Assembly: GCA_027622665.1 (NCBI GenBank)
Contig: JAQBYT010000001.1
Location: 224,001 to 288,000, forward strand
Length of the DNA stretch: 64,000 nt
Source of the DNA: Verrucomicrobiota bacterium
GTDB taxonomy: Bacteria > Verrucomicrobiota > Verrucomicrobiia > Opitutales > Seribacteraceae
Direction of reading: 5' to 3'
In this document: positions 27,912 through 38,348 of the stretch, in pieces
Layout of the letters: each line of letters begins with the position of its first letter
How positions within the stretch are numbered: position 1 is the first letter of the stretch
Notes under the pieces: generated by a model
What the model saw: only the letters and a program-made list of their open reading frames with translations
What the model was told of the DNA's origin: nothing
Database searches by the model: none
Program-made: the position numbers and the translations under genes

Positions 27912-30302
27912 TCAAAAGCGAGTTCCACCGGAGAAGTGGAATTGAGGCGAACCACCTGTATCGGTTGGATCAGTTATGGGGAAACCGAGGTCGAGACGCA
28001 GGGGCATGCCCATAACCATAATGCGGGCACCGAGTCCCCAGTTGTCGTACCACCCTGGGCCCGAGGAAGGGTTAAACTGAAAATCGCCCTTATTCATGTA
28101 ACCGCCATCGTAAAAGAGCGCCAACCGTAAGGGCTGAGCAATCTTAAAGGTGTACTCGGCGCCCAAATAAGCAAAAGTGTTACCACCTGTAGGTTCCTTT
28201 GGCTCAGGCAATCCAGTAAGAGGATCTATCTTGTCGTTTTGAGGACCAGCATCCCTGTAATCCCATCCCCTTAGGTTGTAAGGCCCTCCTAAGAAAAACT
28301 TTTCAAAGAATGGTACATCGTCATCGTTCCCATTATACCGACCCAAAGTGCCTGCTCTAGCTACAAAAGAGAGTACCTGCTCCATGGTTTCTGAAGTCTT
28401 GAAAAACTGTGCCCCTTGCAGCTCGAGACGACCATATTCAGCTTCACCGCCAAAGGGACCACCGGCAAATTCCTTTCGTAGAGAGAGAATGCTGCCCTCG
28501 GTAGGGAACAAGATGCTGTCGCGAGTATCGCGAGTAAGTGTGAGACCAATCTTTGATATGATTAAGTCCTCATTCTTTATGAATGATGGAGCATTGGAAG
28601 CTGTATCATCTATAACGACATCCTCATAACTATAAAATAGCCGGCCTTCGACCAGTTCGAACAAACGTCGTCGAGCATAGATTTCGAATCCCGCCCGCAT
28701 CTCATCGTAGTAGGAACTGTAGTAATCAGACTTTTCCCGAAAGACTTCGAAACCTGCAGCTAGACGACGGTTCAAAAACCAAGGTTCCTCAAGCGCAAGA
28801 CGAACCTCACTACTACGAGAACCAAGTTTTAAGCGAAACCGAAACTTTTGGCCGTCACCCTGTAACCTGTGGGGACCACGCCAACGAAAAAGATCGAAAT
28901 TACCTTGGCGAAATTCAGCGAACATCATTGCGTTTTCCAAGGTGCTGAATCCTACCCCAAAGGAGACATGTCCAGTACGCCCCTCTTTCACATTTACTAC
29001 GAGATTGCGCCTAGAGCGCTGAATTTCGGGATCGTCCGTAGCAATAGGTTCGTCGTCGAGAGTGACTCTTTCGAAAAACCGGGTGTTTCTCAAGCGTGCC
29101 TCGCTAGTCTCCATTCGACGGAGATCGAATATTTCGCTAGGGGCAAGAGCTAATTCTCGGACAATCGCAATGGTGCGAGTCTTGTCGTTCCCCCGCACCA
29201 ATATAGAGTGCACGGTAAACTTGTTGTTCTCCGTCACGTCAAAAGTAACGTCTATTCGCCCCGATTCGAGATTAGGTTTACGAATCGCGATAACTCGGGC
29301 ATCGAGATAACCATCTTCTCCATAGCGTTTCCTAATGCGATTCCGATCCTCCCCAAGAAGGGTAGGTGAGTAGACGTCGCCTTCCTGCAACTTTAATTCC
29401 TTCAAGAGGTCTTCCGTCGAGAGGACAGCGTTGCCTATTACTTTTATTTTTCCTGCATAGGATCTTTCTCCTTCAACCAAGTTTACAACAAGGTCCAATG
29501 CGTCAGCACCACGCCTTAAAATTTCGACCCCACTTTCCTCAATGCCTATATCAAGAAAACCTTTGTCTCGATAGACCTTGCGCAAAACTTCAAGATCTCC
29601 CTCCAACACGGAAGGTCTATATTTGGAACGTTTGGACCAGAAACGCCAGAAGCGCCACGGAGCAGTTTCAATTTGCTTGCGAAGAAACCTACTTGAAAGT
29701 TGTTTATTGCCTTCGAATGCGATTTTTCGGATTTTGCGACTTTCACCTTCTACTATACGAAAAACAACTGTGGCCGAACGAGCACCTTCATCACGAAGAA
29801 TCTCAGACTCCACCCGAGAATTCCAAAAGCCTTTGTCCAAATAAAGTTCCCGAACTGCCCGCTCGTCAGACTTGATAATTGCTTCATCGAGAAGTTCACC
29901 TGCTTCCGATTTAATTAATTTTTCGAGCTTTCTTCGAGAAAGCGAATCATTCCCCTCGAATCGAATCTCTCCGATGCGAGGTTTTGTGGTAACGCGGAAA
30001 GCTAAAACGACTGATGCAGGATCTGGTTGCACAGTATCCAAAAAAACGCGGACATCATCTACAGTACCAGTGGCCATCAGATTGCGGATGGATTTGTCTA
30101 TGGCACTGGAGTGATACTCAGCACCAACCTCAACTTGAAGGTTCTCGCGAATAAAAGACTCACCAATGGTACGGGGTCCTTGAATCGTGATTCGGATTTC
30201 CGAAATACGCTTACCCGTAGGGTCAACTTGAGCCAGCGAAAACGCTCCCCATCCCATAAGAATAAAACATACGAGGACTAAAATACGAATGTCAGCAAGC
30301 AT
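27912..30302 (-). CDS. bamA: Outer membrane protein assembly factor BamA
   Basis: POTRA repeats, FFLGGPYNLRGW, C-terminal FHFSGGTRF. Confidence 0.93.
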   Translation of the reverse strand: MLADIRILVLVCFILMGWGAFSLAQVDPTGKRISEIRITIQGPRTIGESFIRENLQVEVGAEYHSSAIDKSIRNLMATGTVDDVRVFLDTVQPDPASVVLAFRVTTKPRIGEIRFEGNDSLSRRKLEKLIKSEAGELLDEAIIKSDERAVRELYLDKGFWNSRVESEILRDEGARSATVVFRIVEGESRKIRKIAFEGNKQLSSRFLRKQIETAPWRFWRFWSKRSKYRPSVLEGDLEVLRKVYRDKGFLDIGIEESGVEILRRGADALDLVVNLVEGERSYAGKIKVIGNAVLSTEDLLKELKLQEGDVYSPTLLGEDRNRIRKRYGEDGYLDARVIAIRKPNLESGRIDVTFDVTENNKFTVHSILVRGNDKTRTIAIVRELALAPSEIFDLRRMETSEARLRNTRFFERVTLDDEPIATDDPEIQRSRRNLVVNVKEGRTGHVSFGVGFSTLENAMMFAEFRQGNFDLFRWRGPHRLQGDGQKFRFRLKLGSRSSEVRLALEEPWFLNRRLAAGFEVFREKSDYYSSYYDEMRAGFEIYARRRLFELVEGRLFYSYEDVVIDDTASNAPSFIKNEDLIISKIGLTLTRDTRDSILFPTEGSILSLRKEFAGGPFGGEAEYGRLELQGAQFFKTSETMEQVLSFVARAGTLGRYNGNDDDVPFFEKFFLGGPYNLRGWDYRDAGPQNDKIDPLTGLPEPKEPTGGNTFAYLGAEYTFKIAQPLRLALFYDGGYMNKGDFQFNPSSGPGWYDNWGLGARIMVMGMPLRLDLGFPITDPTDTGGSPQFHFSGGTRF

Positions 30303-30307
30303 TGATC

Positions 30308-31726
30308 TTAATTCATGCGAGAACCGCCGTGCATACTGGTAAAGCGCGTAAACTGTTTGCGGAATGCTAGTTGCAAATTACCGGTGGGACCATTTCGTTG
30401 CTTAGCCAAGAGAAGCTTTATGGTTTCGAAGTCTTCAGCACTTGCATTGGGGCCATCCATCTCGCGGGCATCCGAGGCTGATTTGTCCTTGGCAAGAAGC
30501 ATTACAATATCAGCATCCTGCTCAATAGAACCTGACTCACGGAGATCCGAAAGCCTCGGTTCCCGACCATCCTTGTCAGACTCCCGGTTAAGCTGACTCA
30601 AAACAATCACCGGGACATTAAGTTCCTTGGCCATTGCCTTAAGTCCGCGAGAAATGACTGCAACTCCAGCTTCTCTCGATTGGATACGAGAGTCGGTTCC
30701 AATGAGTTGAAGGTAATCCACCACGATTAATGAAAGTGGTTGCCGGGAGTGAGTGCGACGAGCTTTTGCTCGGAGTTGATGGATTGTTAAACCTCCTGAA
30801 TCATCAACCCATATGGGCGCCTGACGAAATTCACGAGCGGTTGCAGCTAGCTTTGCTTGAGCATCGCGAGGTGCAAATCCTCTTTGGAGATCACTTTGAT
30901 TAACCTCGGCCCGGCCACAAATCAATCGCATGGCAAGGGAAACAGCACTCATTTCCAAACTGAATACAAGAACGCTTGGAGGATCTGGTTGTGCGGCTGG
31001 AGACAAAACGATGTTTTCCACAATGTTCATGGCAAGAGTAGTCTTTCCCACAGAAGGTCGAGCTGCCAAAACTATCATTTCAGTTGGTCTTAGACCGTTA
31101 GTTAAATTATCGAGATCGGGATAGCCTGTTTTTACACCAGCCGCATCTTCACCGGCTAATAACCTGTTGATCTGTTCTTCGGCACTGGCAACCGGTTCTC
31201 TGAATCTCTTTGCCGCATCGGAGGCTCGATCTTGGCTTAACTCAAAAACATCTTTTTCAATTTCACCGAGAAATGCACCAAGGTCACCTTCCTGCTTATT
31301 TGCCCGGTCAATGATATCATGAGCTACGCGTATGCACTGTCTAAGAATTTGCTTTTCCCTCACTATCTCCAGCCAAAAAGGAGCATGGGCAGGTGTTTCT
31401 ATCCGAGAGGTCAGAGCCGCCAACGCGGCATGACCTCCAACTTCGTCCAACTGATCTCGTTGAGAAAGCTTTTCTGCAAGAAGAATCTCATCGGCAGGCT
31501 CACCCTCTCGCTGAAGATCAAGCAGGGCTGAATATATATATTGGTGGTTTGGCGAATAAAAATGCTCAGGAAGGAGACCGGACTCAGCACACAAGGAGGT
31601 AGTTTCACCAGTTTGGTCAAGAATACATGCGGCGAGCAATCCTTGCTCGGCGTCACCGTTACTCGGAAGAGAAGGTCCTGGCAAAAAGTTTGCTGCGCCA
31701 GCGGATGGAGTATCGCCTCCAAGCAT
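30308..31726 (-). CDS. dnaB: Replicative DNA helicase
   Basis: AARPSVGKT, FSLEMS, VDYLQL, SDLRESGSIEQDAD, KQRNGPTG. Confidence 0.96.
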   Translation of the reverse strand: MLGGDTPSAGAANFLPGPSLPSNGDAEQGLLAACILDQTGETTSLCAESGLLPEHFYSPNHQYIYSALLDLQREGEPADEILLAEKLSQRDQLDEVGGHAALAALTSRIETPAHAPFWLEIVREKQILRQCIRVAHDIIDRANKQEGDLGAFLGEIEKDVFELSQDRASDAAKRFREPVASAEEQINRLLAGEDAAGVKTGYPDLDNLTNGLRPTEMIVLAARPSVGKTTLAMNIVENIVLSPAAQPDPPSVLVFSLEMSAVSLAMRLICGRAEVNQSDLQRGFAPRDAQAKLAATAREFRQAPIWVDDSGGLTIHQLRAKARRTHSRQPLSLIVVDYLQLIGTDSRIQSREAGVAVISRGLKAMAKELNVPVIVLSQLNRESDKDGREPRLSDLRESGSIEQDADIVMLLAKDKSASDAREMDGPNASAEDFETIKLLLAKQRNGPTGNLQLAFRKQFTRFTSMHGGSRMN

Positions 31727-31727
31727 C

Positions 31728-32204
31728 TCAGTCTTCTTCTGTCTCGATGGGGTTTTCCGACACAATTTCAAATTCGACGTCGGCTGTTACCTCCGGGTGC
31801 AGTTGAAACGTTGCGGTGAGTTTACCCAATTCCTTAACGGGCCGAAAGGGAGCAAGGTGGCGTTTATCCAAGTGAAAGCCCTGCTCTTCAAGCTTGGCAA
31901 GCAACTGCGCGGAGGTTACCGAACCGAACAATTTCCCACCCGCACCAGTCTTGACGGCGATCGCGACACGAGTATTTCGTAATTTGACGGCAATTTCTTC
32001 GGCTTGGCTCTGCTCATCGGACTCCCTGTGGGCACGAGCTCGCATGAGAGACTCCATACGTTTCTTGTTGGAATGATTAAGAGAAACGCCTTTCTTTCTG
32101 GGAAGCAACCAGTTGCGGGCGTAGCCTGCTCTAACTTTAACGATGTCTCCCTCCGCTCCGAGGTTGTCGACTTTTTCGACTAAAAGTATTTCTGTTGTGG
32201 CCAT
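31728..32204 (-). CDS. rplI: 50S ribosomal protein L9
   Basis: LGAEGDIVKVRAGYARNWLLP, GKLFGSVT. Confidence 0.96.
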   Translation of the reverse strand: MATTEILLVEKVDNLGAEGDIVKVRAGYARNWLLPRKKGVSLNHSNKKRMESLMRARAHRESDEQSQAEEIAVKLRNTRVAIAVKTGAGGKLFGSVTSAQLLAKLEEQGFHLDKRHLAPFRPVKELGKLTATFQLHPEVTADVEFEIVSENPIETEED

Positions 32205-32251
32205 AATAGTAAAGTTAAAGAAATTAAAGATAGATGTTTATTGAATTAGTT

Positions 32252-32734
32252 TTAGAAAGGAACATCTTCGTTCAAGTCGGGGTCGCCAGCAGATGGAGAC
32301 GAACTATCCGGTACGGCATTTGCACTATCTGGGGCGACTCGAGCAGCTTGAGCTTGTGAGGCGCCAGAATCCGGTTCGCGGGACTGACCTTCGTAACCAT
32401 CTTGCTTTGCTCCCATGAATTCCCAGTTTTCCAAATCTACGAGCAACTTGCTACGTTTTTCACCTGTTTGTGATTCCCACTGTTTCAGCTTGAGGCGACC
32501 TTCAACGAAAATTGGCTTACCCTTTGAAAAAAATCTGGCAAGTGCTTCACCTCGTGGCCCAAAAGATTCCACATCGACAAACGTGGTCTCTTCACGCCTG
32601 TTCCCCTCCGCATCCTTGAAGTTTCGGTTAATAGCTAAACCAAAATTGCAGACGGATCGACCGCTCGGAAGCATTCGCACCTCCGGGTCACGAGTCAGGT
32701 TGCCGATGAGAAGCACTTTATTGAGGGAGGCCAT
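32252..32734 (-). CDS. ssb: Single-stranded DNA-binding protein
   Basis: LNKVLLIGNLTRDPE, acidic EDVPF tail. Confidence 0.96.
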   Translation of the reverse strand: MASLNKVLLIGNLTRDPEVRMLPSGRSVCNFGLAINRNFKDAEGNRREETTFVDVESFGPRGEALARFFSKGKPIFVEGRLKLKQWESQTGEKRSKLLVDLENWEFMGAKQDGYEGQSREPDSGASQAQAARVAPDSANAVPDSSSPSAGDPDLNEDVPF

Positions 32735-32772
32735 GGCGCGAGATCGTTAGGGAGTCTAATACGAATAAGAAA

Positions 32773-33063
32773 TCAAAGGCGTTCGACAACTATCCGATCG
32801 ACATTTTTTTCCAAGGAAAGTTTTTTGAGCAAGCGAGAGGGAAGTTCGGGCTCAGCTTCTATATCAAATTGAAAGTATACGCCATTGGAGAGATTGCTAC
32901 TCGAATTGCGGGCAAAGTCGCGAGGTCCGAGATTTTCAACTTTTTTTACTTCTCCCTCAACTGAACGTATAACATCGCTCATCTGAGAGATAAATTCATC
33001 GGAACCACCTTCGTTGCCCCGAGGATCAAGAACCATCGTAGCTTTATAATTTCGTTTGCTCAT
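32773..33063 (-). CDS. rpsF: 30S ribosomal protein S6
   Basis: S6-like size and pattern (RNYKATMVLD...LGPRDFAR); upstream of ssb. Confidence 0.85.
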   Translation of the reverse strand: MSKRNYKATMVLDPRGNEGGSDEFISQMSDVIRSVEGEVKKVENLGPRDFARNSSSNLSNGVYFQFDIEAEPELPSRLLKKLSLEKNVDRIVVERL

Positions 33064-33079
33064 CTAATTTAATTCGTTC

Positions 33080-33655
33080 TTATGTTGTTTGATTTACAGA
33101 ATTCATGGCATGTGCGCAACCCTTGTCAAGAACCTCACGCAATGTGCACAAAAAAAAGTCCGTTCTTTCAGTAAATAGTTGGGCTTCTTGAATCGTCAAT
33201 CGGCTTAATACGTGATCGGCCAAATCCATCCGGGAATCTTTCTTCATGCCCACCCCGAGTCGAAACCGAATAAAGTCGGAACCGATGGCACGTATTATGT
33301 CCTTGACCCCATTGTGACCACCAGGACCACGATTGCATGACAACCTTATTTGGCCTGTCGGAAAAGCAGTGTCGTCGTGAATCACGATCGTTTCGGAGTG
33401 AACGCATTTGTGGTAATCGAGAAGAGGTTTCAAATACTCGCCGCTGCAATTCATGAAATTGCCTGGTTTGACGAGGATTAATGATTTTCCGAAACTGGAT
33501 GCTATGGCCATCTTGGAATGGAAACATGGTTTGTCTTTCCACGGAACATCTAGTTTTCGGGCAAACTCGTCCACCAACCAATACCCTGCATTGTGACGAG
33601 TTCCTGAATATTCCGGACCAGGATTTCCAAGACCAACGATTGCTATCGGACACAC
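33080..33655 (-). CDS. pth: Peptidyl-tRNA hydrolase
   Basis: VGLGNPGPEYSGTRHNAG, GGHNG, RFRLGVG. Confidence 0.95.
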   Translation of the reverse strand: MCPIAIVGLGNPGPEYSGTRHNAGYWLVDEFARKLDVPWKDKPCFHSKMAIASSFGKSLILVKPGNFMNCSGEYLKPLLDYHKCVHSETIVIHDDTAFPTGQIRLSCNRGPGGHNGVKDIIRAIGSDFIRFRLGVGMKKDSRMDLADHVLSRLTIQEAQLFTERTDFFLCTLREVLDKGCAHAMNSVNQTT

Positions 33656-33726
33656 GAGTCATGCTGAATGTAAGAGAAGACGCAAACCCGAGACCGGAGA
33701 AGGGGGGATTTCAATCTTCGGACTCA

Positions 33727-34407
33727 TCAGTTTTTCTCCGAATCGCCTTCTTTGGAAGAAGCATTCGATTCGTCGCCTTCGGCAATTCCGGCCCCGTCTC
33801 CGAGAGCCTCTTCGTCCCCATCGGTAGCAGAAGCACGACCACTGGCACTTGCTACGCAAGCGACAAGAACTTGCAAAGGATCGCCAGGAAAAGAAACGCC
33901 ATCAATTTTAGGAAGATCCTTGACTTGCAAATAGTCTCCTAGATCCAATTCGGTAACGTCAACCTCGATCGAGGAAGGCAAGGCACTTGGACGGCAACGT
34001 ATCTCAACCTCGTTCGTATTAACTTCAAGAATACCGCCGGTCATCTTCACGCCCACAGCCTCTCCTACGATTTCCAACGGGACCTTGGTCTGGAGTTCCT
34101 GACCACGGGTCACCTGAATAAAATCGATATGCAAGATGGCATCCGTCAGAGGATGACGCTGCATTTCCTTAATCAATGCCAACTCATCTTCCCCGTCACC
34201 CGACTGGAGACGAAAAAGAGACGCGGCACCAGCAGAATTTCGCTTCAACTGGCGAAACTCCCGTTCATCAAGTGAATAAGATTTGTTCAGGTCTTTGCCA
34301 TAATAGATTATGGGGATTCGACCAGAGGAACGCAGCTTTTTACAAGCATACCTACCGCTTTGCTCACGTAAGGCGACATTGAGGGTTAGATCGTTTAATT
34401 TGGACAT
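33727..34407 (-). CDS. rplY: 50S ribosomal protein L25/Ctc
   Basis: LRSSGRIPIIYYG, QRHPLTDAILHIDF, GEAVGVK.GG. Confidence 0.93.
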   Translation of the reverse strand: MSKLNDLTLNVALREQSGRYACKKLRSSGRIPIIYYGKDLNKSYSLDEREFRQLKRNSAGAASLFRLQSGDGEDELALIKEMQRHPLTDAILHIDFIQVTRGQELQTKVPLEIVGEAVGVKMTGGILEVNTNEVEIRCRPSALPSSIEVDVTELDLGDYLQVKDLPKIDGVSFPGDPLQVLVACVASASGRASATDGDEEALGDGAGIAEGDESNASSKEGDSEKN

Positions 34408-34443
34408 CGTTGATGGGCTCCTTTTTTTGGGGGAAAGTGAAAA

Positions 34444-34472
34444 AAAATAGCTAGTTATCCAAAGAAGTGCAA
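34444..34472 (-). promoter_or_regulatory. Candidate sigma70 promoter of the rplY operon
   Basis: TTGCAC-N17-TATTTT on the minus strand; AGGAG upstream of the rplY ATG. Confidence 0.45.
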
Positions 34473-34538
34473 GTAAACTCGCAGTTTAACGGCATTTAGA
34501 AATTTCGTTCGGCAGCTTGAATCCGAAAGTGGGCTAGG

Positions 34539-37500
34539 CTATTTGGGAGGCGTAGTTGAAGAGAGGTAGGCGAAAAAGTGACGAAACTCCTCCGCGGTCA
34601 GAGATTCGAGCAGACCTGAGGGCATGAGTGAGCGTCTGGCGGGAGCGAGGTTGGCGATTTGGTTACGGGGAACCACGTGATCTTGCCCATCGAGACCGCG
34701 AAGAATAAGTACCTTGGGGTTTTCCTCAACCTTGAAGCCACTCAGTATCCGACCATCCTTGGTGCTAAGGATGTTGTGTTCGTAGCCTTCGCGAATCTCG
34801 GCGCTTGGACGAACAATAGCGAGGAGCATGGCGTTTAGGTCCGACCTATCGTAGGATGTGAGGTCGGGACCGATGCGCCCCCCCTTGCCAAACAAAACAT
34901 GGCAAGCGGCGCAACCTGCCCGACCAAAGAAAAGGCTTTCTCCCATCTTGGGATTTCCGCCGCCCAAAGAGGCAAGGGAACGATAGCGGGTCATTTCTCG
35001 ATCGAGTTCGATTTCCGTTTGCAATTCGATGGAACTGAATTCAGCGATGAGCAGTTTTTGCAGCTGAGGCAAATCGTGCAGCCTTAGTTTGGCGAGAATT
35101 TCCCGAGTGAGGGTTTCGCGAGAGATCCTTTCGGAAACGCATGCTTCGACCAACCCCAAAGCCCAGCCTGCGCGGCTCGCCAACAAATGTACGGCACCTG
35201 TACGAAGTTCTTCGGGCAAATTGGGGAAAGCGATAGTTATGGTTTTTCCAATTTCGGGTCGGTCGAACTTCTGTAAGCTCAGCAAGGCTTCGCGCCGGAG
35301 GGGCATTTCCTTTCCCGCCGAAACAAGACCCAGTAAGACAGGAACCGCTCGAAACTCTTTCACGTCACCCAAGATCCTAGTAAATTGGATGCGGAGGTCG
35401 AGGGGGGCCTTACTGTCCTTCAGTCGGTCGATAGCCTTGATTGTCGCCTCCTTGTCGCCTCGACGGAGAATGAGTGAGAGGTTTTCTTGCCCGCGTGCCT
35501 TGGACAATGCACGGGAAAGGCTCTCGGGCAAAGGTGGCAAGGTCCGTCCCTCAAAGGCTTTTTCAAATCCTTCCAAAAGTAGGGCAGTATTTGCGGCATC
35601 GGGTGCCAGTGCCAGCAAGTGGGCACAGGCTTCCAATTCGGCTTGCCCACCGGACAAGGCCCATCTCCGCATGAGGTTTTGCTGAGGAAGCGCACCGTCT
35701 GCCTGTAAGTGACTATTCCAATTTGCAGGGTCTTTGAAATGCACTAACGTCGAGTCGAGTTCTGAGGCATGAGTTTCGAATCCCCACCAGACAAGGAGCG
35801 GAAGGTGAGGGTCTCCCGCGTCTTCCTTGAGCCGTGCAAGACGCGCAAGAAGAGGCAAGCCTTCGCGGGCAGGAAGACGGCGGGCACTGGCGGCTAGCTG
35901 TGAACGAACTTCGGCATCGGTTTCGTATCCCGCCATTTCAGCCAATCTTTTGGCAACCTCTGGAGAAACCTCTCTCTGATCACCCAGTAAGCGTACCGTC
36001 CATCGACGCACATGAGGATTCTTGTGCCCGAGAGTCTCCAGCGCAACCTCCTTGCCGAATCCACCGCACAAGTTCAATGCCCATAAAGCCTGCAGGGCGG
36101 GTTGCCCGAATTCCTCTTGAAGAATTGCACGGAGCTTTGGGACATGCGCCGAGTCCGGATGGTCGCCCAATATCCGCAGTGCGGTTTCACGATGCCAGCG
36201 ATTCTGGTGTCGCAGGGCCGTCTGCAACAGGTTGGCGGGAGAGAAAGGGTCACCAAGCCGAACATGCTTCGCTCCCTTGGCCTTGAGCCGATAGATTCGA
36301 CCGAGATCGGCATCGGTAAGACCCTTGGAGTAAGCGATGTAATGAGCGACCTGTCTGGCATGGAAGTCGGCCACGTACAAGTTGCCGTCGGGACCGGTCT
36401 GGATTTCCACGGGCGAGAACCAACGATCATCAGGATCTGCTCCAATGGTGATAGGCTTGTCCATGTCTTCCGTGCGAAAGGTGGATCCATGTGATCTGAG
36501 ATCACTGGCCACAACGTAACGGAGGGTGGGTGCGACTCCAAATAGTTTTCCGTGATAGCGTTTCGGCAGGGCCGTCCCTTCATAAATCTCGAAGGTGTGG
36601 GTGAATCGTTTCACCTTCGGATGAGCCATAGACGGGAAGTGACCGAACGCGTAAGGATTGGACAAGTTGCCATGCTTGCCGAAGGTTTTGCGGTAGTAGC
36701 CTCCTTGCACATAGTGGAACCCGCGCGTATCACCGCCATTGTGACCGGAATAGACTCGTCCCTTCGAATCGATCTCTACCCCAAAGGCATTACCGCCACC
36801 CTCCGCGAAGACCTCGAAGCGATGAGTCTCGGGCTGATAACGCCAAGCAAATTGGCCCATGCGGTGAATCGGCTTGAATCCAGGTATGGGCTTGTTATCG
36901 GGGCCATGCAGAACGACGTTAGCCGTTACAGTGCTCCCGTGGGTGGCGTAAATCCAACCATCCGGCCCCCAACGCAGGTTGTTGGCAATAGAATGGGAAT
37001 CCTCCAAGCCGAAACCTGAGAGGAGGATGCTCGGGGTGGGGGAGTCGGGACGGTCGTCCCCGTCCTTGTCGGCATAAAACAGCAGATAAGGAGGATTGAG
37101 AACGAAGACTCCGTCACGACCCTTCAAGGCGGCAGTTGCAAGGTTGAGTCCATCCAGAAAAACCTTGTGGGAATCAAAAGTACCGTCGCCATCGGTATCC
37201 TCGTGGATGGATATTCGATCCTTCCCTCGAAAAGGAGAATTGGACGCGTGGGGTGGAGGCGGAGGGTGGGGTGGGTCGTAGACGTTTCGAAAGACTTTGT
37301 CGTGAGAGATCATCCTCAATCCAGCAGGCCAAGGGTACTGCCTGTACTCAACCACCCACATACGGCCTCGTTCGTCAAAGTTGACGTAAAGCGGGTTGGC
37401 TACATCCGGTTCACGCAGCACGAGTTCGATTTCCAAATCGTCCGGCGTTATTAGTTCAGGAAGGCGGGCTTCTTCAAAGGGAACAGGCTTTCGGAATTTG

Positions 37501-38270
37501 CCGGGCAATTTCCGACTCAAACACCAATGAATCGCATTAATCAATAAGTGGCGAAAAGCAACTGTTTCAAAATCATTTGGGTGCCCGAGGGACGTGTTGA
37601 AAACCCTATTCCCCCATATTGGTTTGTTGGTCCATGCCACGGGTTCCGCTGCATCGACACCTTCCGCCCTGCCTGAAACCAGAATTTGAGTCGTTGAGGC
37701 TAGCGGTGAAACTTGGTAAAGCGACCCGCCCGATGGCACTTCTTTGGCCGATTGCAAGCCGTCGAGTATGGGATGCCCTTTTGCGGTAGGCTCAATCCTA
37801 AACCATGTCTTTTTGTCGGAACCATAATGATTGGAATAGTTGCCACCAAGCACCTCGGCATCCCAGCCCTCCCACAACGCATGTCCCGCCGGAACAGCCT
37901 TTCCCCTCAAATGGAATGCGTGACTCGCTGTGCGAATCCCGACTACGGGCTTTCCCGCTTTAACCCAAGAACGAATCGAATTCATCTGAGAAATCTTCGG
38001 GCCGCGACGACGAACGCTCACAAACAGCAAATCAGCCCCCTCTAAAGCCCGTTCCGTTCCCTTTAAATCGTTTCGTCCATCTCCATCGTCTGGGGCAATA
38101 ACATATATCGCACGAAACCCTAATGGCTTCAATTCCGATTCGTAGAATGTCGGGACTGTCTTGAGCGTATTATATTCCCGTTCAGCTAAAACAAACGCTA
38201 TCGTCGCATCTTCCCCAAGGGTACAACAGAGCGATAACAACAGGAGGACAAGCAGCCGAAAAAACCTCAT
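34539..38270 (-). CDS. PVC-type heme-binding CxxCH protein with N-terminal ThuA-like domain, dehydrogenase propeller and HEAT repeats
   Basis: GIRTASHAF/TSLGHP (ThuA-like), FDERGRMWVVEYRQYP, WGPDGWIY, CAACH, IGPDLT, SLMPSGL. Confidence 0.9.
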   Translation of the reverse strand: MRFFRLLVLLLLSLCCTLGEDATIAFVLAEREYNTLKTVPTFYESELKPLGFRAIYVIAPDDGDGRNDLKGTERALEGADLLFVSVRRRGPKISQMNSIRSWVKAGKPVVGIRTASHAFHLRGKAVPAGHALWEGWDAEVLGGNYSNHYGSDKKTWFRIEPTAKGHPILDGLQSAKEVPSGGSLYQVSPLASTTQILVSGRAEGVDAAEPVAWTNKPIWGNRVFNTSLGHPNDFETVAFRHLLINAIHWCLSRKLPGKFRKPVPFEEARLPELITPDDLEIELVLREPDVANPLYVNFDERGRMWVVEYRQYPWPAGLRMISHDKVFRNVYDPPHPPPPPHASNSPFRGKDRISIHEDTDGDGTFDSHKVFLDGLNLATAALKGRDGVFVLNPPYLLFYADKDGDDRPDSPTPSILLSGFGLEDSHSIANNLRWGPDGWIYATHGSTVTANVVLHGPDNKPIPGFKPIHRMGQFAWRYQPETHRFEVFAEGGGNAFGVEIDSKGRVYSGHNGGDTRGFHYVQGGYYRKTFGKHGNLSNPYAFGHFPSMAHPKVKRFTHTFEIYEGTALPKRYHGKLFGVAPTLRYVVASDLRSHGSTFRTEDMDKPITIGADPDDRWFSPVEIQTGPDGNLYVADFHARQVAHYIAYSKGLTDADLGRIYRLKAKGAKHVRLGDPFSPANLLQTALRHQNRWHRETALRILGDHPDSAHVPKLRAILQEEFGQPALQALWALNLCGGFGKEVALETLGHKNPHVRRWTVRLLGDQREVSPEVAKRLAEMAGYETDAEVRSQLAASARRLPAREGLPLLARLARLKEDAGDPHLPLLVWWGFETHASELDSTLVHFKDPANWNSHLQADGALPQQNLMRRWALSGGQAELEACAHLLALAPDAANTALLLEGFEKAFEGRTLPPLPESLSRALSKARGQENLSLILRRGDKEATIKAIDRLKDSKAPLDLRIQFTRILGDVKEFRAVPVLLGLVSAGKEMPLRREALLSLQKFDRPEIGKTITIAFPNLPEELRTGAVHLLASRAGWALGLVEACVSERISRETLTREILAKLRLHDLPQLQKLLIAEFSSIELQTEIELDREMTRYRSLASLGGGNPKMGESLFFGRAGCAACHVLFGKGGRIGPDLTSYDRSDLNAMLLAIVRPSAEIREGYEHNILSTKDGRILSGFKVEENPKVLILRGLDGQDHVVPRNQIANLAPARRSLMPSGLLESLTAEEFRHFFAYLSSTTPPK

Positions 38271-38348
38271 GCCGTCATCACAATCATACCGGAGGCCTAG
38301 GTCAAACCAACGTTCACAACTCAATGGGTCGGCAACAAAAAAGCAACT